Part shown: one piece after another, positions 1-11,826 of the stretch
How positions within the stretch are numbered: position 1 is the first letter of the stretch
Layout: each line of letters opens with the position of its first letter
Origin: Sphyrna mokarran
Lineage: Eukaryota
Direction of reading: 5' to 3'
DNA length: 64,000 bases
Assembly: GCA_024679065.1 (NCBI GenBank)
Contig: JAGIQG010000009.1
Location: forward strand, 81,716,001 to 81,780,000
Made by a program: the position numbers and the translations under genes
The notes under the pieces: generated by a model
What the model saw: only the letters and a program-made list of their open reading frames with translations
Database searches by the model: none
Told to the model about the DNA's origin: nothing

Positions 1-1690
1 GAGTGTTGATCCTGGCCTCATGGGTGCGATTAACCCCATCCATTGGTTTAAATCCCTGGCAGATTTTGTGAAATACCGAGTGCCAGCATTTCAACTGAGT
101 AAATATGCCCAGAAAATGGTGGCAAAATGTCCTGTTTTCCAGCCGCAATAGTTTTTCAGAAAATTTGACCCCATCTTTTGGAGGAAGTTATGGATAAAGT
201 ATACATTGGACATGACCCACTAATAACACTCTGTCTAACTTCAACTCACTGATTAACCCTCAGTCCACCTCTTGTTCCAATTCAGATGTAGATTTATCTG
301 ACATGATCTACAACACAGGAGAAGGCCATTCAGCCCGTCATGTCTGTACTAGCTGTTTTACTCGAGTCAATCACTGCTAACGGCTCAGTTTAATCTGTGT
401 TTTTGGAAAGTGACTGGAATGTTTTGTTCAAGACAGAACGAGTGAGAAACATGAACTGACCAGAAAGAGTCAAAACGGATTTCAAAACAGTCAAAACATG
501 TTCAACTAAGCTGGTTATATTTGTTAATGAGCCACTAATGTGCTCGATAAGGAAATGTCTCTGGATGTTACTTCATTGTATTTCCAAAAGACATCTGGGA
601 GGTTCCATATGAGAGGCTGTGAATAAAAATGTAAGCATATGGAATTTGAAGGAAGCTTTTGCCATGGATAAGAAATTGGTTCAGAGACAGGAGACGGAGA
701 AGGGATAATGTGTGCGTTATTCCAGTCAGCAAGCTGTGAATAGTGATGTCTCCAGGGATCTGTGCTGAACCCTCAGCTTTTCACTGTATTGGTCAATGAC
801 TAGGGTAAAGGAATAGAGAGACACATATCCAAGACTACTGAGCAGACTAAATGAGGCAGCTTGAAGGAGGTTACAGAGATAGGGATGGATTTGAGAGGCA
901 GGATGGGATTGTTAAAATCAGGGCATTGCTGGACCAGGTGTCAGTGTAGGTCAGTGAGAACAGAGGGTGATGGGTGAACGGGATTTGGTGTGAGTTCTGG
1001 GTGAGCTGATGATTACAGAGGGTGGTAGGTGTGAGGTCGACCAGGACAGCATTGGAATAGTAACGTTCAGAGGGAACAAAGACACGGATGAGATTTTCAG
1101 CAGAAGATGATGTGAGGCAGGAGCACCCGAGAGGTGTTGCCATGGTGGAAATAGGTGTTCTTAGTGATGGAGTGGATGATGTGGTGGGAAAGACATCTCA
1201 GAGTCAAATACGACACCATGGCTGTGGACTGTGTGGGTGAGTGTCAGACACTTCAAAGGGGAAGGGATGGAATCAGTGTTGAGGGAACAGAGTTTGTGAT
1301 GGGGTCTGAAGATAATGGCAGATGGAATTCAATGTGGAGAGTGTGAAAACATCCAGTTTGGATCGAGGAAAGAGCGAGCAGAGTAAACTTTGTGATGTGG
1401 AGGATTTGTCGCAGGGAAAGGGCAGGGGGGAGGAGGGTGGTGGGTCAGATCAGGGTCAAAGTTGAGGCCAATGTTGTAGAGTGTGTGGTTGAGCAGCAGA
1501 CAGTGCTCAGGGGGGAGGGATGGAGTTTGTATCGGGAGCTGAAGACCACGGCTTTGATCTTCCCAATGTGTTTCCCAGTGAGCCTGGCTCCTCAGTCCTG
1601 ACTGCTCTGAGCTGTTGTTCTTTTCACTGATTGGACAGTTATTGTTAGAGATTCAGACCACAGCACAAATCCCCAGTGTCAAAAATAACT

Positions 1691-1790
1691 GCAAAGATTG
1701 TCAGATCGGAAGATTGAAACGTAACCAACAGAGGAAGTGAAAGAAGGAGCTCAGAGCAGCTGGATGTTTGTTACTGAGACGGGAGAAAAT
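1691..1790 (+). promoter_or_regulatory. Candidate upstream enhancer module with Ets-IRF composite element
   Basis: AGAGGAAGTGAAAG at 1730-1743; the ~90-bp module recurs inverted at 20100-20190 and 59180-59270 and direct at 36859-36955; function is inferred. Confidence 0.45.
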
Positions 1791-1799
1791 GGTGAACCG

Positions 1800-2592
1800 T
1801 GTTCACTATCTCCAATCTCCCAGCACAGAAGGCCCAGTGGGATACAGTCAGGAGGGAGTTATCCTGGGACATCACTGCAGGAGTTCCTCAGGCTCGTGTC
1901 CGAGACACAACCATCTTCAGCTGCTTCAGTAATGACCTTCAGAAGTGGGGATGTTCACTGATGATTGCACAATGCTCAGCACCATTCACAACTCCTCAGA
2001 TATTGAAGCAGTAACATTCATGCCTCATCAGTACCATGGAATCACCATCTCCAACAAGAGAGAATTTTAACATCTCCCCTTGACATTCAATGTCATTACC
2101 ATCGCTGAGTCCCCCACTGTAAAATCCTGTTGGTTATGATTGACCAGAAACTGAACTGGACCAGCCTATAAATACTATGGCTACAAGAGAAGGTCAGTGG
2201 ATAGGAATCCTGCAGCGAGTAACTCACATCCTGACTCTCCAAAGCCTCTCCACCATCTTCAAGGCACAAGTCTGGAGTGTGATGGAATACTCTCCACTTG
2301 TCTGGATGAGTAGAGCTCCAGCAACACTCAAAAAGCTCAACATCATCCAGAACAAAGCAGCCCCACTCAATTGGCACCCCATTCACAAACATTAAATCCC
2401 TCCATCACTGTCGAACAGTGGCAGCAGTGTGTGCCATCTATAAGATGCCCTGCATGAACTCACCAAGGTTCCTGAGGCAGCACCTTTGAAACCCATGACC
2501 ACTATCATCTGGAAAGACAATTGTAGCAGATCCCTGGGATCAACATCACCAGGAGATTCCCCTCCAAGCCACATGCCATTCTGAAGTGGAAA
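1800..2592 (+). mobile_element. Old CR1/L2-group LINE relic (second family); 3' end continues at 6383-6575
   Basis: ORF 2177-2395 ILQRVTHILT..STIFKAQVWSVMEYSPLVW resembles the post-RT region of non-LTR elements; uninterrupted paralog at 36970-37955. Confidence 0.7.
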
Positions 2593-2595
2593 TAC

Positions 2596-5500
2596 AAAGA
2601 ACAACAAAGAACAAAGAACAACACAGCACGGGAAACAGGCCCTTCGGCCCAGCGAGCCCGCGCCGCCATCCTAACGTTTTAATGACATATAGAGACCAAT
2701 ATAGGGACAATTTGTTACCCAATCAGCCTAACAGCACATTTTTGGGATGTGGGAGGAAACCGGAGCACCCGGAGAAAACCCACGCAACCACGGGGAGAAC
2801 GCGCAAACTCCCGCAGACACAGGCCCAAATCCATGTATCAGCACAGCAACAGCAATAGTCTCTGAACTGTCATGTTGCCCATCTGATGGTCCAGTTTAAG
2901 CATACACTAACGACATGAAGCACTAGGCCACTCCTGAAGTAACCTCCAGGAGCAGCCCTAGCACGACCTGCCGAATGCATGCGCCTTGTTGGTCAACAAG
3001 GTGGACTGAATAGCCTGTGGAAACAAATAAAGTATTTAAACAGTCCTCCTATATCCCTCTATCTGCAGACTGCTCATGTGGCTGTCCAAGAGACCCTTCA
3101 ACAACCCTAGCGTGCCTGCTCCCACCACCTTACTCGGTAGTGCATTCCAAACCCCCATTACCCTTTGTGTGAAAAAATGCCCTCTAATATTCGTCTTATA
3201 CATAGCCCCCCTCACCCTAAGGTCGTGACCCCTCGTTCTATCCGATTCTAATGGTGGAAAAAGCTTACCACCATTTACTCTATCTATACCCCTCATAATC
3301 TTATATACCTCTAATAGATCCCCTCTCAGCCGACGTCTTTCAAGGGAAAACAACCCAGTGCGTCAATCTTCCTCGTAAGACAGCCCTTCCATACCAGGCG
3401 GCATACTGGTAAATCTCCTACTGCACTCTCTACAGGGCCTCCAATCCTTCCGGTAGTACGGCGAACAGAAACTGGACGCAGTACTCCAAGTGGAGGCCTA
3501 ACCAACGTTTTATACACTGCAACACAGACTCCGACTATTGTATTCTATACCCCTTCCTATGAAGGCTAACCATACAATACGCTTTCCTTTATAACTCTTC
3601 CACCTGTTAACTGACACCTTCAGAGACTTGTGAACCTGCACCCCCAGGTCTCTCTGCGTCTCTATACTCCGGATAGTTTTACCTTTTATCCTATAACTCC
3701 CCTCTACATTATCCCTGCCAAAATGCATCACCTCGCATTTATCCGGATTAAATTTCATTTGCCATCAATCTTCCCAATCTACCAGCCTATCTATGTCCTG
3801 TTGTATTGCCTGGCACTGCTCCTCAGTCCCCGCCAATCCAAGCATCTTAGTGTCATCAGCAAATTTGCTGATCACACCACCTACCTCCTCTTCCAAGTCA
3901 TTTATATAAATCACAAATAGAAGAGGTCGTAGTACTGAGCCCTGTGGCACACCACTAGTGACTGACCTCCAGTTGGAAAAAGAGCCTTCCACTACTACCC
4001 GCTGTCTCCTCCTCCCAAGCCAGTTCTCAGTCAAGTGGATAAAGTTGTTAAGAAGGCATATGGAGTCTTAGCTTTTATTGGTAGGGGGATTGAATTTCGG
4101 AGCCGCAGCATCATGTTGCAGCTGTACAAAACTCTAGTGCGGCCGCACTTGGAGTATTGTGTGCAGTTCTGGTCGCCACATTATAAGAAAGATGTGGAGG
4201 CATTGGAGAGGGTACAGAGGAGTTTTACCAGGATGTTGCCTGGTATGGAGGGCAGGTCCTATGAAGAGAGGTTGAAGGATTTGAGGTTGTTTTCGTTAGA
4301 AAGGAGGCGGCTAAGAGGGGATCTTATTGAAGCATATAAGATGATTAGAGGTTCAGATAGGGTGGACAGTGATAGCCTTTTTCCTAGGATGGAGAAAGCT
4401 AGCACGAGGGGAAACAGCTTTAAATTAAGGGGTATGAGTTATAGGACGGATATCAGAGGTAGGTTCTTTACTCAAAGAGTGATTAGGGAGTGGAATGCCC
4501 TGCCTGCAGCTGTTGTAGATGCGCCAAGTTGGTGGCGTTTAAGAGGTTAATTGATAAGTATATGGAAGAGAAGGGAATGGTTTAGTTTGGAGGGGCATTG
4601 CTTTTTATTTTGGTCGGCACAACATTGAAGGCCGAAGGGCCTGTTCTGTGCTGTATTGTTCTATGTTCTATGTTCTATGTTCAACCCATCTACATACCTG
4701 ACCCTGTATCCCATGCGCCTTCACCTTTTTTATCAGCCTACCATGGGGAACCTTGTCAAACGCCTTACTGAAATCCATGTAGACGACATCAACAGCTTGT
4801 CCTTCATCAACCATTTTTGTCACCTCTTCAAAAAATTCCACTAGATTCGTAAGGCATGACCTCCCCTTAACGAAGCCATGCTGCGTATCCCTGATCTGAT
4901 CGCAGCGCTCCAGATGCTCATACATCCTGTCCCTGAGGATCCTCTCCATTAGCTTACCTATAACTGAAGTCAAGCTCACTGGCCTATAGTTCCCTGGGTT
5001 ATCCCTCTGACCTTTTTTAAACAATGGTACTACATTTGCTATCCTCCAGTCCTCTGGGACCTCACCTGTGTCCAAGGAAGAGACAAAGATTTGCGTCAGA
5101 GGCCCAGCCAAGTCTTCCCTCAACTCCCTTAGCAGCCTGGGATAAATACCATCAGGCCCCGGAGCTTTATAAGTCTTTATGCTACCTAAAAGCCCCAACA
5201 CTTGGTCCCTCGTAATGATTATTTCCTTTAACGGGTCCTCAAATTCCTCAAAGCCAGCATCAGACATCAGGCCCCTCTCCCGCGTGAATACCGACGCAAA
5301 GTATTCATTCAGGATCTCCCCCATTCCCTCAGGCTCTAAGCATAGTTCCCCTTCTCTGTCCCTGAGAGGTCCAATCTTCCCTCTAACCATCCTTTTGCTC
5401 CTTACATAGGAGTAAAATGCCTTAGGATTTTCCTTAATCCTACCTGCCAAAGCCATTTCGTGGCCCCGTTTTGCCTTTCTGACACCCCTTTTAAGATCCT

Positions 5501-6378
5501 GTCTACACTCTCTATATTTTTCAAATGCTGCCTCTGTCCCCAATTGCCTGGATCTAACGTACGCCTCCCGCTTCTTCCTGACCAAGTCCTCAACATCCCT
5601 AGTAACCCACGGTTCTCTAATCCTACCCTTCCCATCCTTCCTCCTTACCGGCACTTGTCTTTCCTGCAAAAATTTTAGTTTTGTCTTGAAAGACTCCCAC
5701 ATGTGCAGCGTCGAACTACCCTCGAACAGCTTATCCCAGTTGGTATCCCTAAGATCCTGACTAATCTGGCTATATCTAGCCCTCCCCCCAGTTTAACACC
5801 CTCCCCTTAGGGCAGGCTTCATCTTTTTCCATTAATACCCTAAAGCAGACAGAGTTGTGGTCACTATTAGACACATGCTCTCCTACTACAACGTCACCCA
5901 CCTGCCCTGGCTCATTCCCCAGAACCAGATCCAGTATAGCCCCCTCTCTAGTCGGGCTATCCACATACTGCTCCAAGGACCCTTCTAAAACACACTGTAC
6001 AAATTCCTCCCTGTCTGCACCTTCCGCTCTCGGCACCTTCCAATCTACCCCAGGGAAATTGAAATCTCCCATTACAACTACCCTATTCTTCCTACACTTA
6101 TCTAAAATTTCCTTACATATCCCTTCTTTCACGACACGCGGACTGTTGGGCGGTCTGTAGTACACACCCAACATAGTAACCTCTCCCTTCCTTTTCCTCA
6201 ACTCCACCCATAGCGACTCAATTCCTAACTCAGCCATACCACCCTCCTTCTGCACTGCTATGATGTGATCCTTAACTAATAACGCCACTCCTCCTCCTCT
6301 CCTCAAACCACCTCTATCATGCCTAAAACACTTATACCCCAGAATATTCAATTGCCAGTCCTGCCCTTCCTTTAGCCA
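2596..6378 (-). mobile_element. CR1-clade LINE, 5'-truncated (APE endonuclease + RT), V-SINE-bearing 3' UTR, (TTCTTTG)n tail; unit-A specific
   Basis: ORFs 5776-6456 (GDFNFP, LDLVL, SDHN), 4668-5702 ([20 protein letters not shown]), 3765-4034 ([12 protein letters not shown]); absent at paralogous 37760; ATACA at both junctions. Confidence 0.92.
4029..4683 (+). mobile_element. 5'-truncated CR1 LINE with (TTCTATG)n tail, nested antisense in the 2596-6378 element
   Basis: ORF 4035-4550 LYKTLVRPHLEYCVQFWSP; host sequence resumes at 4684. Confidence 0.9.
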
Positions 6379-7337
6379 TACATCTCTGTTCATGCACTGT
6401 CGATGGGTCAGAATCCTGGAAATCCCTCCCGAACAGCACTGTGGGTGTGTGTACACCTCATGGACTGCAGTGGTTCATGAAATCAGTTCTTCATCATCAT
6501 CTCAAGGACAATTAGGAATGGGCAATGAATGTTGGGACAGCCAGTGACACCCACATCCCGTCAATGAATACATTTTTAATAATTCCTACTTGTCCCATTC
6601 TGTGTGTTGAAGTCTGGATCGTGTCAGCAGGATATTTGACTACAAGAGCCTTCACTACTGTGTCTAATTCTGTCTCCAACCAAAATCCACACAGAACCTG
6701 AACTTATATAGCACTGTAGTGTACAACATAGCCCATTATGTTTCGCAGAGCAGCATAAGAGGAATGGGGGAGTGGGTGGGGATAGTATAGAAAGAGACAT
6801 CGAAGGCTTGGGTGAAAGAATTTGATGAGGAGAAAGATTTGGAGAAGGGGAGGGATTAAGGATGGGAGGTCAGAAAGCAGGACCTGGGTATCTGAAGACT
6901 CTGCTGTCAATGGTGGGATGAAGGAAGCAGCGATTGGCCAGGGAGCAGAATCAGCAGATGGAAGGTGAGGGAGAAATATGAATCTGGAGCAGGAACACAA
7001 GGATAGGGAGGAGTGAGGCCATGGAGGGAATTGGAGGGCACTGAGGTCAGAGGTAAAGGTCAGTGAGGTCAGGGCTAGATCATAGCGATCAGGAGTGGTG
7101 TTGGAACGACACTTGGTGTGAGACAGAGTCTGGACTCACTGCATTTGGGACAAGCTGGGATTTATGGAGTGTGGATGAGGGGAGCTGGGAGAGGATATCA
7201 GAATAATAGAGTTAGTAGGTGGGACATGCAGGGATAAGGGTTACTGTGCTTAAGGGAACGATGTAGTGTCGAGACGGATAATGATGTGGAAATAAGAGGC
7301 CGATGTGATGGAGAGGATGAGTTTGAAGCTCAGCTGC

Positions 7338-7505
7338 TGGAGGCTCCAGTGGGAAGGAGGCTCATGTTTACTGGTCCCTATTGGAGGCTCCAGTGGGAAG
7401 GAGGCCCATGTTTACTGGTCCCTATTGGAGGCTCCAGAAACCCAACCCCAACCCAATGGGAAGGAGGCCCATGTTTACTGGTCCCTATTGGAGGCTCCAA
7501 TGGGA
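7338..7505. repeat. ~44-bp tandem repeat, about 3 copies
   Basis: TGGAGGCTCCAGTGGGAAGGAGGCCCATGTTTACTGGTCCCTAT repeated; about 1.3 copies at paralogous 38791-38850. Confidence 0.8.
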
Positions 7506-7559
7506 CATGGACATCATCAGCAATATGAAGCAGTTTCTTTCTGTTTTACATATCTCATT

Positions 7560-9480
7560 GTCCATCTTTGCAGAGGTCACGTCAACTTGTACCTGTGACA
7601 GGGAATTCGAAAAGGTATCTAATAAATTGCCACATTAAACATTACTACACAAGATGTGATGGTGTGTGGGTAAGAAGATGGTGTGTGGGTAACATATTAG
7701 CATTGATAGAGGATTGGTTAGTTAACAGAGACCAGAGAGAGGGGATAAATGTTTATTTTAGGGTTGGGATAAGCTGTAATTAGGGGAGTTCTTAAACAAT
7801 CAGTGTTGGGACCACAACTATTCACAATCTATATCAATGACTTGGATGAAAGGATTGAATTGAACTAATGACCCAATGACACTAAGATAGATGGGGAAAG
7901 AAAGTTATCAAGACAAAGTAGAAAGTCTTCAAACAGATAGAGACAGGGGAAGTGAGTGGCTAAACACCCTGGGTAAATGTGAAAGTGTCCACTTTGGCAG
8001 GAAGAATAGAAAAGCAGTAAACTATTGAAATGGTGAGAGATTGCACAACTCGGTGCTACAGAGGGATCTGGCTGTCCTGGGACATGAATCACAACAAGTT
8101 AGTCTGCAGCTACAGCAAGTGATTAGGAAGACAAATGGAATGTTGGTGTTTATTACAAGGAGAATGGAATATATAAATAGGGAAGTTTTACTGCCCAGGG
8201 TCTTGCTGAGATGACATCTGGAATACTGCATGTAGTAGTTTAGGTCTTCTTGTTTGAAAAAGGATATCATTGTGTCTGAAGCAGTTTGGAGAAGATTCAC
8301 TCAACAGATTGAAGGGTGAGGGGTTATCATTTGAAGAAAAGTTGGACAGGTTGGGCCTGAATCCACTGGAGTTTAAAAGAATGAGAGGTGATCTTATTGA
8401 ACCATATCAGATTGTGAGGGGACTGACAGAGTGGATACCAGGAGGATGGCGCCTCTTCTGGGGCAGAGTGAAGTGAGAATACAGAGGAACAAAGAGAAAG
8501 AGCGACGTGCCACAAGGATCGATGCTTGGTCAATGTGATTTGTCGTTTATATTAATGATTTGGATGAGAATATAGGAGATATGGTTAATATGTTTGCAGA
8601 TGACACTAAGACTGGTGGCATAGTGGACAGTGAAGAAAGTTATCTCCGATTGCAACAGAAATTGGACGAGTGGGCTGACAAATGATAGCTGCAGTTTAAT
8701 TTTGATAAATGCAAGGTGATGTATTTTGGTAGATTGAACCAAGGCAGGACTTACTTAGTTACTGGTGGGGCACTGGGAAGAGTTACAGAACAAAAAGGTT
8801 GAGGGGTAAATGTTCATTGCTCCTTGAAGGTGTACTCACAGATGGTCAAAGAAGGCATTCGGCATGCTTTCTTTCATTAGTCAGAACATGAAATATCGGA
8901 ATCAGAACATTATGTTGGAGTTGTACAAGACGTTGGTAAAGCACATTTGGAATACTGTGTACAGTTCTGGTCATTCTGTTATAGAAAAAAATTATTAAAT
9001 TAGAAAGAGTGCAGAAAAGACTAGAATGCTACGGACTTGATGGTTTGGGTTATCAGGAGAGGCTGGATCGACTGGGACTTTTTTGTCTGGAGTGCGGAAA
9101 ACTGAAGGGTGACCTTAAAGAGGTTTATAATGTAATGAGGGACATAGGTCAACATGACAATCAATATTTTTTCTCAAAGTTGGGGATTCTAAAACTGGAG
9201 GACAGATGTTTAAAGCGAGTCGGGGAGAGATATAAAAGTGTCCAAATAGGCAATGTTTTCACACAGAGGGTGGTGAGTGTCTGGAACAAGTTGCCAAAGA
9301 TAGTAACAGAGGCAGGTACAATTTTGTCTTTTAAAAAGCATTTCGGCAGTCACAGGGGTAAGATGGGTATCGATGGATATGGGCCAAATGCAGCAACTGG
9401 AGTAAAGAGTTTAAAAAAAGGGCAGCATGGACAAGTTGGGCTGAAGGGCCTGTTTCCTTGCTGTAAACCTCAATGACTCT
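7560..9480 (+). mobile_element. Degenerate CR1 RT/3' fragments (pre-duplication)
   Basis: Broken FADDTK, KRMRGDLIE and FTQRVV motifs; paralog at ~38930-40612 and 42749-42965. Confidence 0.75.
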
Positions 9481-9825
9481 ATGAGATAAAGTGAAGGAAA
9501 AACTGAGGAATAGAGGGAGGGAGAATAAGGAGAGAAAAAGAAAGAGTGAATGAGAGGGTAAACAAACAATGTGGGACAGGAAGGACAAGAAACAGAGACA
9601 GTGAGAGGGTGGGGGATAGAAACAGAGATTAATGGAGTGAAAGAGACAGCAATGGAGGGAGAGATATCAATAAAGCGACGGAGAGAGAGACTGAGGGACA
9701 GATATCGAGAGAGAAAGACTGAGAATGAGAGAGAGAGAGAGAGAGACAGCAAGTGAAATAGAGATATCGAGAGAATGAGAGAGAGACCGAGGGACAAGTC
9801 TCAGGGACAGAGACTGAGGGTCACT

Positions 9826-9968
9826 GTACCTCAGTTTCTGTCCCTCAGTTTCTGTCCCTCAGTTTCTGTCCCTCAGACTGTCCCTCAGTCTCTGTCCCTC
9901 AGACTGTCCCTCAGACTGTCCCTCAGTCTCTGTCCCTCAGACTGTCCCTCAGTCTCTGTCCGTCAGAC
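9826..9968. repeat. 12-14 bp minisatellite (CTGTCCCTCAG-A/TCT/TTT) abutting the V promoter
   Basis: About 11 copies here, about 3 at 43338-43375; preceded by a GA-rich tract containing reverse-complement units. Confidence 0.85.
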
Positions 9969-9985
9969 ACTCTGGAGAGAGAAGA

Positions 9986-10082
9986 AGAGGAAGTGAAAGG
10001 TGCTGACGTGGTTTCTCTGGGTCAGACCATTTACAAACTGAGGAACAGGCAGTGAGACTCTCACAGGCTGCAGCTTTATAAA
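9986..10082 (+). promoter_or_regulatory. V kappa promoter, cluster 1
   Basis: EICE-type AGAGGAAGTGAAAG 9986-9999, TGACGT 10004-10009, octamer-like ATTTACAA 10029-10036 (2 mismatches), GAGGAA 10040-10045, TATAAA 10077-10082, ~60 nt before the leader ATG. Confidence 0.7.
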
Positions 10083-10142
10083 GCAGAGCCCAGTGAAGGG
10101 AGAGTTTATCAGTAACCAGGCACAGGGACACGAGCACACACC

Positions 10143-10191
10143 ATGATTTCAGCCATCCAGCTGCTCTGGCCTCTGGCATTCTGCATCGCAG
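10143..10191 (+). CDS. IGKV: Ig light-chain leader exon (MISAIQLLWPLAFCIA-G)
   Basis: ACCATG start, hydrophobic signal peptide, phase-1 GT donor at 10192, 186-nt intron ending CCCTCAG at 10377. Confidence 0.93.
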
Positions 10192-10377
10192 GTACTAATC
10201 TCTCTCCTTCCACCTTGAATATTTTCCTGCTCTCCATTTCAATCCAATTCTCCTGACTTGTGATTGAAGGGAAAATGTTGAAAGGAGAGGAACAGTCAGT
10301 GTCTTCAACAATATCTCATTGTACAGCCTCTTTCTGTGACAGTTCTCACTTCACTCTGTTTCTCTATTACCCCTCAG

Positions 10378-10677
10378 GTATCAATGGAGAGGTCATCATG
10401 ACCCAGACTCCCCCGGTGCTGTCAGTGAGCCTGGGCCAGACCGCTACCATCACCTGTACGGCCAGTCAGTCTGTTAGCAATGATGTGCAATGGTACCAAC
10501 AGCGAGAAGGACAGAAACCGGCTCTGCTGATCTATAATGCAAACTCCAGATACACAGGAGTATCCGACCGATTCAGCGGCAGTCAATCTGGGACGAGATT
10601 CACCCTGACAATCAGCAATGTTCAGAATGAGGATGTCGCTGATTATTACTGTCAGCAAGATAACAGCTGGCCCCTTA
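10378..10677 (+). CDS. IGKV: Ig kappa-type V exon, cluster 1 (germline, intact)
   Basis: [39 protein letters not shown], followed directly by a 12-RSS. Confidence 0.97.
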
Positions 10678-10705
10678 CACAGTGATACAGAGCCTTACAA
10701 AAACC
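10678..10705 (+). other. 12-spacer recombination signal sequence
   Basis: CACAGTG-ATACAGAGCCTT-ACAAAAACC, perfect consensus. Confidence 0.98.
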
Positions 10706-10710
10706 CCAAC

Positions 10711-11465
10711 ACACACAGTCCCACCTCCTGTACTGACACATCACACAGTTTTATATAAGATATAATAATGGACACACAGTCCCACCTCCTGTACTGAAAC
10801 ATCCCACAGTTTTATATAATATATAATAATGGACACACAGTCCCACCTCCTGTACTGACACATCCCACAGTTTTATATAATATATAATAATGGACACACA
10901 GTCCCACCTCCTGTACTGACACATCCCACAGTTTTATATAATATATAATAATGGACACACAGTCCCACCTCCTGTACTGACACATCCCACAGTTTTATAT
11001 AATATATAATAATGGACACATCCCACAGTTTTATATAATATATAATAATGGACACACAGTCCCACCTCCTGTACTGACACATCCCACAGTTTTATATAAT
11101 ATATAATAATGGACACACAGTCCCACCTCCTGTACTGACACATCCCACAGTTTTATATAATATATAATAATGGACAGACAGCCCCACCACATGTACTGAC
11201 ACATCTCACAGTTTTATATAATATTTAATAATGGACACACAGTCCCACCTGTACTGACACATCCCACAGTTTTATATAATATATAATAATGGACACACAG
11301 TCCCACCTCCTGTACTGACACATCCCACAGTTTTATATAATATATAATAATGGACACACAGTCCCACCACCTGTACTGACACATCCCACAGTTTTATATA
11401 ATATATAATAATGGACACACAGCCCCACCTCCTGTACTGACACATCCCACAGTTTTATATAATAT
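10711..11465. repeat. 61-bp minisatellite between V and J, about 13 units
   Basis: ACACACAGTCCCACCTCCTGTACTGACACATCCCACAGTTTTATATAATATATAATAATGG; one 36-nt and one 58-nt variant unit. Confidence 0.97.
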
Positions 11466-11752
11466 TTAAGAAACACAAGAAAGGAAACTGAACAAATTAT
11501 TTGCACTGTCCGCTTCACACTCCAGTCCCTGTGGTATCCAATGCTCACTGAAGGCCTCAAGTTTCTGTCTTACTCTCCATGTTCACATATGAAGAGCAGC
11601 AGAAAGATTTATCATCTCACATTAGAATTCTCATCACTCCCAATAAAACACAAGGGATATTGAGAGTAACAGGGAGTGAGAAACAGGGAGACAGAAAGAG
11701 TGAGAGAGAAAGAGATGAGTGAGTGAGTGAGTGAGTGAGTCAGAGAGACAGA

Positions 11753-11791
11753 GGTTTTTGTACAGCTCCTGCACTGGAAGCTGTCAGTGTG
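11753..11791 (-). other. 23-spacer recombination signal sequence of J
   Basis: GGTTTTTGT (11753-11761) + 23 nt + CAGTGTG (11785-11791; one mismatch to CACTGTG, critical CAC kept on the minus strand). Confidence 0.96.
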
Positions 11792-11826
11792 CCTTACATT
11801 CGGTAAAGGAACCAAACTCAGACTGA
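11792..11826 (+). CDS. IGKJ: J kappa segment, cluster 1 (LTFGKGTKLRL)
   Basis: FGXG motif; phase-1 donor A|GTAAGT at 11827 splices in frame to the C acceptor at 18165. Confidence 0.96.

Noticed and set aside
860-1600. Short ORFs here and the many antisense ORFs over LINEs
   Set aside because: Purine-rich decayed repeat or shadow frames of RT sequence; no recognisable host protein
10260-10377. N-terminal extension of the V ORFs (also 43665-43782 and read-through to 44168)
   Set aside because: Translation of the leader intron and RSS; the real start is the spliced leader ATG
10378-11826. Germline-joined VJ gene
   Set aside because: Both clusters keep separate V and J with intact RSSs
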